DNA from: a plasmid
Length of the DNA stretch: 33,568 nucleotides
Assembly (NCBI RefSeq): GCF_988242995.1
Contig: NZ_OZ547045.1
Direction: 5' to 3' (one strand)
The first letter of the stretch is position 1; the number at the start of each line of letters is the position of its first letter. Below are positions 16,379 to 22,306 of the stretch, in pieces. The position numbers were made by a program, and so were the translations under genes. Below the pieces are notes generated by a model. It ran no database searches, was not told where the DNA came from, and was given only the letters and a program-made list of their open reading frames with translations.

Positions 16379-16453
16379 CGGTTAGCAATAGTGCTGACCG
16401 GCCCGGAACCAGCGGCGGCAACCGCTCCGGGCAAACTGCGAAGGAGTAATATT
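16379..16453 (+). promoter_or_regulatory. Structured leader L3
   Basis: Hairpin 1 has loop ATAG. Hairpin 2 is full length. CTGCGAAGGAG precedes the ATG at 16454. Confidence 0.7.
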
Positions 16454-17281
16454 ATGTTATCTAGCCGTTTTCGTTCTGCAAATATCCTGCGTTCTGACCG
16501 CCCTCTTAACGATGATCAAATCATGCGTTATGCCCCGTCTATCTTTGCAACTGAAGCGCATGAAAGCCGCTCTGACCGGTACGCTTACATTGCGACCAGC
16601 GAAGTGTTAAACGGTTTGCGTGATAACGGTTTTCATCCGTTTATGGTTTGTCAGACTCGCGTTCGCAACCTGGATAAGCGCGAACACACCAAGCACATGA
16701 TCCGTCTGCGTCATGCCGGGCAAATTAACGGTACAGAAGCGAAGGAAATCATTTTGCTTAACTCGCACGATGGCAGCAGCAGCTATCAAATGCTGGCCGG
16801 TGTATTCCGTTTCGTTTGCCATAACGGTTTAGTGTGTGGTGATACGGTAGCGGATATTCGTATTCCCCATAAAGGCGATGTTACCGAGCGCGTTATTGAA
16901 GGGGCATTTGAGGTGCTGGATCAGTTTGATATGGTTGAAAGCCATATGGAATCTATGAAGTCTGTAACGCTGGATGCGCTGGAGAAGCGTATTTTTGCAG
17001 AAGCGGCGTTAGCACTGCGTTATGACGAACAAAAAGACGGCCCCGCACCAATCGCCGCTAGCCAGCTCCTTGAGGCGCGCCGTTTTGAAGATCGCAAAGA
17101 TGATTTATGGACAACGTTTAACCGCGTACAGGAAAACATTATCCGTGGTGGTTTGAGCGCCAGAACCAAACAGGGGAAATCAACCCGTACCCGCGCCGTA
17201 ACTGGTATGGATAAAGATACGTCTTTAAACCGCGCTTTATGGATTCTCAGCGAGCGCATGAATGAAATTAAAGCCGCTTAA
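16454..17281 (+). CDS. DUF932-family protein (common in plasmid/ICE leading regions)
   Basis: 275 aa from MLSSRFRS... . [28 protein letters not shown]...[27 protein letters not shown] fits DUF932, as I recall it. The ORF-track start at 16349 lies in the promoter/leader. Confidence 0.75.
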   Translation: MLSSRFRSANILRSDRPLNDDQIMRYAPSIFATEAHESRSDRYAYIATSEVLNGLRDNGFHPFMVCQTRVRNLDKREHTKHMIRLRHAGQINGTEAKEIILLNSHDGSSSYQMLAGVFRFVCHNGLVCGDTVADIRIPHKGDVTERVIEGAFEVLDQFDMVESHMESMKSVTLDALEKRIFAEAALALRYDEQKDGPAPIAASQLLEARRFEDRKDDLWTTFNRVQENIIRGGLSARTKQGKSTRTRAVTGMDKDTSLNRALWILSERMNEIKAA

Positions 17282-17289
17282 TGGCAAAT

Positions 17290-17314
17290 GCCCCGCTTAC
17301 CGGCGGGGCTTTTA
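17290..17314 (+). terminator. Hairpin + T-run between the DUF932 gene and ssb (probable attenuator)
   Basis: GCCCCGC-TTACCG-GCGGGGC followed by TTTTAT. ssb has its own SD downstream (AAGGTG). Confidence 0.5.
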
Positions 17315-17337
17315 TCAACCCGAAAAAGGTGATTATC

Positions 17338-17838
17338 ATGGCTTCAAGAGGTGTTAATAAAGTAATTCTGGTCGGCAATTTAGGCCAAGATCCTGAAGTG
17401 CGTTATATGCCGAACGGCGGCGCGGTTGCCAACATTACGCTAGCCACGTCAGAAAGCTGGCGCGACAAGCAGACCGGCGAAATGAAAGAACAAACGGAAT
17501 GGCATCGCGTTGTATTATTCGGCAAGCTGGCAGAGGTCGCCGGGGAATATCTGCGCAAGGGTTCGCAGGTGTACATTGAGGGCCAGCTCAGAACACGTAA
17601 ATGGACAGATCAAGCTGGCGTGGACAAGTACACTACAGAGGTTGTCGTTAACGTTGGCGGCACTATGCAGATGTTAGGCGGTCGCCAGCAAAACGGCTCT
17701 CAGCCAGGTAATAATGAATGGGGCCAGTCGCAGCAGCCGCAAGGCGGCCAGCAGTTCAGCGGCCAGCCACAGAACACCGGCGCAGCGCCAGCGGCAGGAA
17801 ATGAGCCGCCTCCTTTTGATGATGATATTCCGTTTTAG
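17338..17838 (+). CDS. ssb: Single-stranded DNA-binding protein
   Basis: [44 protein letters not shown]..., with a Gly/Gln-rich linker and an acidic tip DDDIPF. Confidence 0.95.
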   Translation: MASRGVNKVILVGNLGQDPEVRYMPNGGAVANITLATSESWRDKQTGEMKEQTEWHRVVLFGKLAEVAGEYLRKGSQVYIEGQLRTRKWTDQAGVDKYTTEVVVNVGGTMQMLGGRQQNGSQPGNNEWGQSQQPQGGQQFSGQPQNTGAAPAAGNEPPPFDDDIPF

Positions 17839-17856
17839 CCCTGATAAATATTTAAA

Positions 17857-17872
17857 TGTAAATTTATTTACA
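17857..17872. promoter_or_regulatory. A+T palindrome upstream of the KorA-like gene, containing TAAATTTA
   Basis: TGTAAAT-TT-ATTTACA. The TAAATTTA core also occurs twice in each CUP copy (for example 18806..18813 and 18816..18823). Confidence 0.4.
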
Positions 17873-17961
17873 GATTTATCTAAATAAATAACCGTTTTAG
17901 AGTTAACCTTCTGTAATTATTGATTAAATCGGCCCGTTTTCGGGCCGTAATGAGGTAAAAA

Positions 17962-18264
17962 ATGGCAGTAGAACGCATTTCCCCTGAAGAATGGCAGCGC
18001 ATCGCACCGGCATTGCGTACATGCAGCCAGGTAACGATCGATATGGCTTATGCCGTACTGGTTGATGGCCGTAAACAAGTAGATGTGGCGTCAGAGTTTG
18101 ACCGGTCAAAGCAAACGGTCAATGCGGCTATCAGGCGCGTTACTGCAATTTTTAACGAGGTTATCCCGGAAGATGAGCAGTTAGAATTTGTACAAGTCTG
18201 GTTGCCGCCAGAGCTGGCGAAGCAGGTAAAAGAAATGGCTAAACCGTATCAGAATAAAAAATAA
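17962..18264 (+). CDS. KorA/TrfB-family HTH repressor (ArdK-like candidate regulator of the leading-region promoters)
   Basis: 100 aa. The protein is colinear with RK2 KorA as I remember it (...TIDMAYAVLVDGRKQVDVASEFDRSKQTVNAAIRRV...). Confidence 0.7.
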   Translation: MAVERISPEEWQRIAPALRTCSQVTIDMAYAVLVDGRKQVDVASEFDRSKQTVNAAIRRVTAIFNEVIPEDEQLEFVQVWLPPELAKQVKEMAKPYQNKK

Positions 18265-18848
18265 CAGGAGTTATCGACATGTGTGAGTACGGATTTAAAA
18301 ACTAACTGAAAAAAATCACTTATGGCGTTCCCTGCGGGGCGGGCTTTCGTGCTGCGCATCGAGCCAGGCAAGCTGTCTCGCCCCTTCGGGCTTCAATCCC
18401 TAACGCCTCCGGGCTGTCGCCCTCCGCGCTCCGCTTGACCCCCACGCCCTGCGCCGGACTTGCCCCGCCTACGGCGGCCCCGCCCCTCCGGGGTGGCTTC
18501 GCCATCCTCTGCCAGCGGCACCGGCGCTAACGTGCCTGTAGGGGCGCTGGCCGCGCTGCGGCCATCCCCCCAACACCCGGATAAATCGCGCCCGGCCCGT
18601 CGCTACGCGCCAGCCCGCCCGCTCAACCGGGCCGTTGTGACGGGCCACTGTTCCGGCAGCGGCATCGTGTGACAGCCCGCTAAAACCGGCTTTGCAGGGA
18701 GGGGGTGGGCGCGTCTCCCGGTTTGATCCCGCAAGGCCCGGCAATTTGACCACGTCGCCCAGGTTGAGATCGGCGCAGTTGCCTTTTATTTGTCGGCATC
18801 GGCGCTAAATTTAAGTAAATTTATCGTACTATATAATGATACTTAAAG

Positions 18849-18877
18849 TTGACTTTTGAGGGGGAAAAGCCTATACT
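18849..18877 (+). promoter_or_regulatory. Promoter P3 (TTGACT-N17-TATACT)
   Basis: -35 at 18849..18854, -10 at 18872..18877. Confidence 0.75.
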
Positions 18878-18885
18878 TTATTTAT

Positions 18886-18959
18886 CGGTTAGCAATGGTG
18901 CTGACCGACCCGGAACCAGCGGCGGCAACCGCTCCGGGCAATCTGCGAAGGTGGGAATT
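18886..18959 (+). promoter_or_regulatory. Structured leader L4
   Basis: Full hairpin 1 and hairpin 2, with CTGCGAAGG before the ATG at 18960. Confidence 0.7.
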
Positions 18960-19268
18960 ATGAATACTTTCAACGCTGACAAAATCCGCTCTGAACTGGA
19001 TGTTTTAGCGAAAGAAACAATGCCCGGTTGTGGTCTTATTTACGAGCTGTATCAGCGTCGTTTGAGCGCTGCCATTGATAACTTTGTCGCTACCCTGCCA
19101 GCAGAACAACACGCCCAGGCATTTGAACTGGCCCGCCAGGAGTTTGATTACCTTTCTGCGGAAGAAATTGCTGATGAAATCCGCCGCGACTCAGAAAACG
19201 GCTATTGCAGCCACGGCATTGATCGCAATTGCTGCCCTTTGGGTTGCGGGGATTTGGACGATTATTAA
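18960..19268 (+). CDS. Hypothetical acidic leading-region protein (102 aa) with a Cys-rich C-terminus
   Basis: The ATG follows leader L4. The C-terminus is CSHGIDRNCCPLGCGDLDDY. Confidence 0.65.
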   Translation: MNTFNADKIRSELDVLAKETMPGCGLIYELYQRRLSAAIDNFVATLPAEQHAQAFELARQEFDYLSAEEIADEIRRDSENGYCSHGIDRNCCPLGCGDLDDY

Positions 19269-19303
19269 TTGACAGGGGGCTATTGCCCCCTACAACCAAA
19301 ACG

Positions 19304-19351
19304 GGCGGCGGCAACCGCCACTATTTAAACAATCTGCGAAGGATATAGATT
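19304..19351 (+). promoter_or_regulatory. Partial leader L5 (hairpin-2 core + CTGCGAAGG)
   Basis: GGCGG-CGGCAA-CCGCC, where the outer pair has changed from A-T to G-C. CTGCGAAGG is at 19334..19342. Confidence 0.6.
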
Positions 19352-19774
19352 ATGAGCGCATACGTGGTATCTGATAAATCCATTTCTACTATCGTTAAAA
19401 CTCTGGTTATTGCCGGTACACTTCAACCTGTCGAAGCTGTTTCTTTTGGTCAGATGATGCTTAATCTGAATACTCATTCCGTTAATATTCGCTATCAAGA
19501 AAACAGCCCGGCGCACCCTTTTGAATACAGCGACCCGGAATTAAATATCCATGACCCCAAAACTCAAATGCAGGTGATTGTCTGTATTGATGAATATGAA
19601 TATCAGTCCTGCGAGTTTGCCGAATACTATGAAACGATGGTGCATACAGTCCTAAAAGCCATCAAATCAGCGCTTATGCAGGCTTACACGGATATGTTGC
19701 CTAACCCATCGCAATGGAAAGAAAAAAAGTCCTATGACTTGCCAGGCTACTCAGAAGCTGAATGGGGTTTATGA
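19352..19774 (+). CDS. Hypothetical leading-region protein (140 aa)
   Basis: The ORF follows leader L5 and is followed by two hairpins. Confidence 0.65.
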   Translation: MSAYVVSDKSISTIVKTLVIAGTLQPVEAVSFGQMMLNLNTHSVNIRYQENSPAHPFEYSDPELNIHDPKTQMQVIVCIDEYEYQSCEFAEYYETMVHTVLKAIKSALMQAYTDMLPNPSQWKEKKSYDLPGYSEAEWGL

Positions 19775-19808
19775 TTGAACGGGGGGGAAATCCCCCCCTT
19801 CTACCTGA

Positions 19809-19829
19809 AGGGGCTACGCCCCTTTTTTT
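19809..19829 (+). terminator. Rho-independent terminator, preceded by a G7/C7 hairpin at 19781..19798
   Basis: AGGGGC-TAC-GCCCCT followed by T7. Confidence 0.75.
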
Positions 19830-19848
19830 ATGCCGGTTTTATGCCGCT

Positions 19849-20003
19849 TACTTATGGCGTTCCCTGCGGGCCGGGCTTTCGTGCTGCGCATCGAGCCAGG
19901 CAAGCTGTCTCGCCCCTTCGGGCTTCAATCCCTAACGCCTCCGGGCTTTCGCCCTCCGCGCTCCGCTTGGCCTCCGGGCTTTCGCCCTCCGCGCTTTGCT
20001 TGG
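19849..20003 (+). repeat. Partial CUP module M1 with an internal 33-bp tandem duplication
   Basis: Matches the first ~120 bp of copies B and C. The unit CCTCCGGGCTTTCGCCCTCCGCGCTCCGCTTGG (19938..19970) is repeated at 19971..20003 with 2 substitutions. Confidence 0.85.
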
Positions 20004-20031
20004 CCTTTCCAGCCGGTGCCAGCTCCGGGCC

Positions 20032-20284
20032 GCGAGGATAACCGGCGGGAGGCGAACTGTCCTCCACAGCTCCCCGTTCCGTTGGATGGTCTGCCGTTCC
20101 TCCATTACCGGTATTCCACACTAGCGCGGTGTGGCGTCAATAGTTCGCTTCGCCGCTTCGCGCTATTGACCCCACCCCTTGCGCCAGTGTTACACACCGG
20201 TTGTCGGAAACGACAAACCCTCCAACTACCCTACAGGTGCTTTATGGCCGAAATTCTCCAACTCCTCCCGCCGGTTATCCTCGC
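20032..20284 (+). repeat. Perfect 21-bp long-range inverted repeat bracketing a structured 211-nt segment
   Basis: GCGAGGATAACCGGCGGGAGG (20032..20052) pairs with CCTCCCGCCGGTTATCCTCGC (20264..20284). Internal hairpins are CCACAC/GTGTGG, GTCAATAG/CTATTGAC and TTGTCG-GAAA-CGACAA. Confidence 0.9.
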
Positions 20285-20348
20285 TATTGCAGCCCTCATC
20301 ACAGCCATCACCGGGCTAATAAAAGTCCTGAAAAGCAAGAAGAAGTAA
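20244..20348 (+). CDS. 34-aa hydrophobic peptide with a Lys-rich tail (type I toxin-like)
   Basis: MAEILQLLPPVILAIAALITAITGLIKVLKSKKK, with an AGGTG SD 5 nt upstream. Codons 7-14 form the right arm of the 21-bp inverted repeat. A strong terminator follows. Confidence 0.55.
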   Translation: MAEILQLLPPVILAIAALITAITGLIKVLKSKKK

Positions 20349-20351
20349 CGG

Positions 20352-20380
20352 AAAGGGGCGGCAAGCCGCCCCTTTCCCCT
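20352..20380 (+). terminator. Rho-independent terminator
   Basis: AAAGGGGCGGC-AA-GCCGCCCCTTT, an 11-bp stem. Confidence 0.8.
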
Positions 20381-21004
20381 GCTCCCCTTGCTTACCCTGC
20401 TGTACGATCCGTGGATTTCACAGTTGAATAATTTTTTGTGGTCGCCGTAATTGGCCCCGCTGCGCCAGTCGCTTACTTAGGGCGTTCCCTGCGGGCCGGG
20501 CTTTCGTGCTGCGCATCGAGCCAGGCAAGCTGTCTCGCCCCTTCGGGCTTCAATCCCTAACGCCTCCGGGCTTCGCCCTCCGCGCTCCGCTTGGCCCCCA
20601 CGCCCTGCGCCGGACTTGCCCCGCCTACGGCGGCCCCGCCCCTCCGGGGTGGCTTCGCCATCCTCTGCCAGCGGCACCGGCGCTAACGTGCCTGTAGGGG
20701 CGCTGGCCGCGCTGCGGCCATCCCCCCAACACCCGGATAAATCGCGCCCGGCCCGTCGCTACGCGCCAGCCCGCCCGCTCAACCGGGCCGTTGTGACGGG
20801 CCACTGTTCCGGCAGCGGCATCGTGTGACAGCCCGCTAAAACCGGCTTTGCAGGGAGGGGGGGGGCGCGTCTCCCGGTTTGATCCCGCAAGGCCCGGCAA
20901 TTTGACCACGTCGCCCAGGTTGAGATCGGCGCAATTGCCTTTTATTTGTCGGCATCGGCGCTAAATTTAAGTAAATTTACCGTACTATATAATGATACTT
21001 AAAG

Positions 21005-21033
21005 TTGACTTTTTAGGGGGGAAAATCTATACT
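21005..21033 (+). promoter_or_regulatory. Promoter P4 (TTGACT-N17-TATACT)
   Basis: -35 at 21005..21010, -10 at 21028..21033. Confidence 0.75.
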
Positions 21034-21040
21034 TTATTTA

Positions 21041-21113
21041 CGGTTAGCAATGGTGCTGACCGACCCGGAACCAGCGGCGGCAACCGCTCCGGGTAATCTG
21101 CGAAGGAAAATGT
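21041..21113 (+). promoter_or_regulatory. Structured leader L6
   Basis: Full hairpins 1 and 2, with CTGCGAAGG before the ATG at 21114. Confidence 0.7.
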
Positions 21114-21395
21114 ATGAATACGACCCTTTTTGTTTTAATCCTTGCCGTAGCTGGCGCGTTGTATCTGCCCTGGCGACTTGTGCGCGATGGTTACAAAGAG
21201 CTTGTACAGATGTGTCTGTTTTGCTCCTGTATCGTCACGCTGGCCGCTGTATATGCCGTGTTGGTCAATCTCAATAACCCACACCCGTTTATGCCTATGT
21301 TTATCGCGGTAACGGCGTTCGGTGCGGTATTTGTGGCTGATTGCGCTTTATCTCTCTGGCTCTATCAGCGTAAAGCTAAGACGGCTAACCACTAA
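21114..21395 (+). CDS. Small polytopic membrane protein (93 aa)
   Basis: The ATG follows leader L6. There are three hydrophobic segments. A terminator follows. Confidence 0.65.
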   Translation: MNTTLFVLILAVAGALYLPWRLVRDGYKELVQMCLFCSCIVTLAAVYAVLVNLNNPHPFMPMFIAVTAFGAVFVADCALSLWLYQRKAKTANH

Positions 21396-21406
21396 CCACT
21401 AACTAA

Positions 21407-21429
21407 ACCGCCCTGCGGGGCGGTTTTTA
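21407..21429 (+). terminator. Rho-independent terminator
   Basis: ACCGCCC-TGC-GGGGCGGT followed by TTTTT. Confidence 0.75.
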
Positions 21430-21449
21430 ACCGTGATACGGGGGCAATT

Positions 21450-21692
21450 ATGGGAAACATCATTTTGATGGCCGAGAAGCTAAAAGGCGCGGTTTCCGAT
21501 GAATATGAAGTGTATGAATTTGAGGGCATGGATGATTTGATCCGGTTTCGTAAGAAATACCCGGAACAAATGAAGTATGAATATTCTTACTGTCTATCTG
21601 GCGGTACGAAAGATTTTCACCATATTGCGCTCGTCGAAGCTGACCATTTTAAGCAGTTCAAAAAGCAGGTTGACCAGTACCAGGCTCGATAA
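21450..21692 (+). CDS. Hypothetical leading-region protein (80 aa)
   Basis: ORF with a G-rich SD (acgggggcaattATG). A terminator follows. Confidence 0.55.
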   Translation: MGNIILMAEKLKGAVSDEYEVYEFEGMDDLIRFRKKYPEQMKYEYSYCLSGGTKDFHHIALVEADHFKQFKKQVDQYQAR

Positions 21693-21699
21693 CCTTGAA

Positions 21700-21727
21700 C
21701 GGCGCGGCAATACCGCGCTGTTTTTTA
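21700..21727 (+). terminator. Rho-independent terminator
   Basis: CGGCGCGG-CAATA-CCGCGCTG followed by TTTTTT. Confidence 0.7.
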
Positions 21728-21746
21728 CCCTCTATTTATGTCTTAT

Positions 21747-21771
21747 TTTAGTATCATATTATGATACTAAA
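21747..21771. promoter_or_regulatory. Perfect 25-bp palindromic operator abutting promoter P5
   Basis: TTTAGTATCATA-T-TATGATACTAAA. The right half (ATGATACT.AA) is the element conserved upstream of P1-P4. Confidence 0.65.
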
Positions 21772-21773
21772 TA

Positions 21774-21802
21774 TTGACTTATCAGGCCGCAAAAAGTATA
21801 CT
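21774..21802 (+). promoter_or_regulatory. Promoter P5 (TTGACT-N17-TATACT)
   Basis: -35 at 21774..21779, -10 at 21797..21802. Confidence 0.75.
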
Positions 21803-21810
21803 TTATTTAT

Positions 21811-21851
21811 CGGTTAGCAATGGTGCTGACCGTATGCGAAGGAGTAAAGTT
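21811..21851 (+). promoter_or_regulatory. Truncated leader L7 (hairpin 1 + TATGCGAAGGAG; hairpin 2 absent)
   Basis: CGGTTAGCA-ATGG-TGCTGACCG is joined directly to TATGCGAAGGAG. Confidence 0.6.
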
Positions 21852-22007
21852 ATGAAAAAATTCATTGGCAACCGTAACGGCAAGGCGGTTTTTCAGGAAG
21901 GTGATCGTGAGTTGGTAGCCGCTTACCAGATGAAATCCTCCCCGATTCCGGTAACGCCACGCAAGCTGAAAGCTGAAATGGATGCTATCGCCGCTACAGC
22001 CCGATAA
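21852..22007 (+). CDS. Hypothetical small protein (51 aa)
   Basis: The ATG at 21852 follows leader L7 and a strong SD (GAAGGAG). Confidence 0.55.
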   Translation: MKKFIGNRNGKAVFQEGDRELVAAYQMKSSPIPVTPRKLKAEMDAIAATAR

Positions 22008-22043
22008 TCATTCACCCGCGCCGTTGGCGCGGGTAACTCTCAC

Positions 22044-22082
22044 AGCGGCGGCAACCGCTTTTTTATGCGAAGGAGCAACGCG
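22044..22082 (+). promoter_or_regulatory. Partial leader L8 (hairpin-2 core + T-run + TATGCGAAGGAG)
   Basis: AGCGG-CGGCAA-CCGCT-TTTTT, then ATGCGAAGGAG before the ATG at 22083. Confidence 0.55.
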
Positions 22083-22265
22083 ATGTATCTATCTTTGATG
22101 GAACAAGCACGACAGGCAGAGGAATTGCGCGACTGGAAAACCGCCGCGCAACTCTACACCCAGGCGATGGCCGTTAGTCCAAAAGCCAGAACTATGCGCC
22201 AGCGCCGCGAAAGGCTGTATCTGCAACAGCGCATTGAGTTTTGCGAGCGTAATTCGAGAATGTAA
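22083..22265 (+). CDS. Hypothetical helical small protein (60 aa)
   Basis: The ATG at 22083 follows leader L8. A bidirectional terminator follows. Confidence 0.55.
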   Translation: MYLSLMEQARQAEELRDWKTAAQLYTQAMAVSPKARTMRQRRERLYLQQRIEFCERNSRM

Positions 22266-22271
22266 AAAACT

Positions 22272-22304
22272 AAAAAAAACCGCCTCAATCCGGCGGTTTT
22301 TTTT
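22272..22304. terminator. Bidirectional rho-independent terminator between convergent genes
   Basis: A8-ACCGCC-loop-GGCGGT-T8. Confidence 0.8.
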
Positions 22305-22306
22305 GG

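Larger units (their letters stand above)
18318..18959 (+). repeat. CUP-like upstream repeat, copy B (full length, ~640 bp)
   Basis: Aligns almost base for base with 20475..21113. It consists of module M1 (18324..~18407), a GC-rich body, an A+T segment, promoter P3 and leader L4. Confidence 0.9.
20475..21113 (+). repeat. CUP-like upstream repeat, copy C (full length)
   Basis: Near-identical to copy B, with a few substitutions in the promoter-proximal part. Confidence 0.9.

Noticed and set aside
18324-18407. tRNA-like appearance of module M1 (GGCGTT...AACGCC ends, GGGCTTCAATCCC resembling a T-arm)
   Set aside because: No D-arm or anticodon arm of correct size can be drawn. The acceptor pairing is only 6 bp and the T-stem only 3 bp. 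The 3' end is TCCG rather than NCCA.
18469-18753. 94-aa minus-strand ORF inside the GC-rich repeat, with copies at 15206..15484 and 20625..20909
   Set aside because: The sequence is low-complexity and Arg/Gly/Pro/Ala-rich, as expected from any frame of GC-rich DNA. It has no SD. It runs antisense through a non-coding repeat whose conservation extends well beyond the ORF borders.
19830-20348. 172-aa ORF spanning the CUP fragment and the structured region
   Set aside because: Most of it is a read-through frame of the non-coding repeat, and the same peptide string appears in frames of other repeat copies. Only the last 34 codons have an SD and a coherent hydrophobic-peptide character.
15616-22082. 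Integron-cassette/attC interpretation of the repeated element between small genes
   Set aside because: There is no integrase gene. No GTTRRRY core sites are present (GTTAGCA does not fit). The element is fused to a ribosome-binding site and a promoter rather than lying 3' of cassettes.
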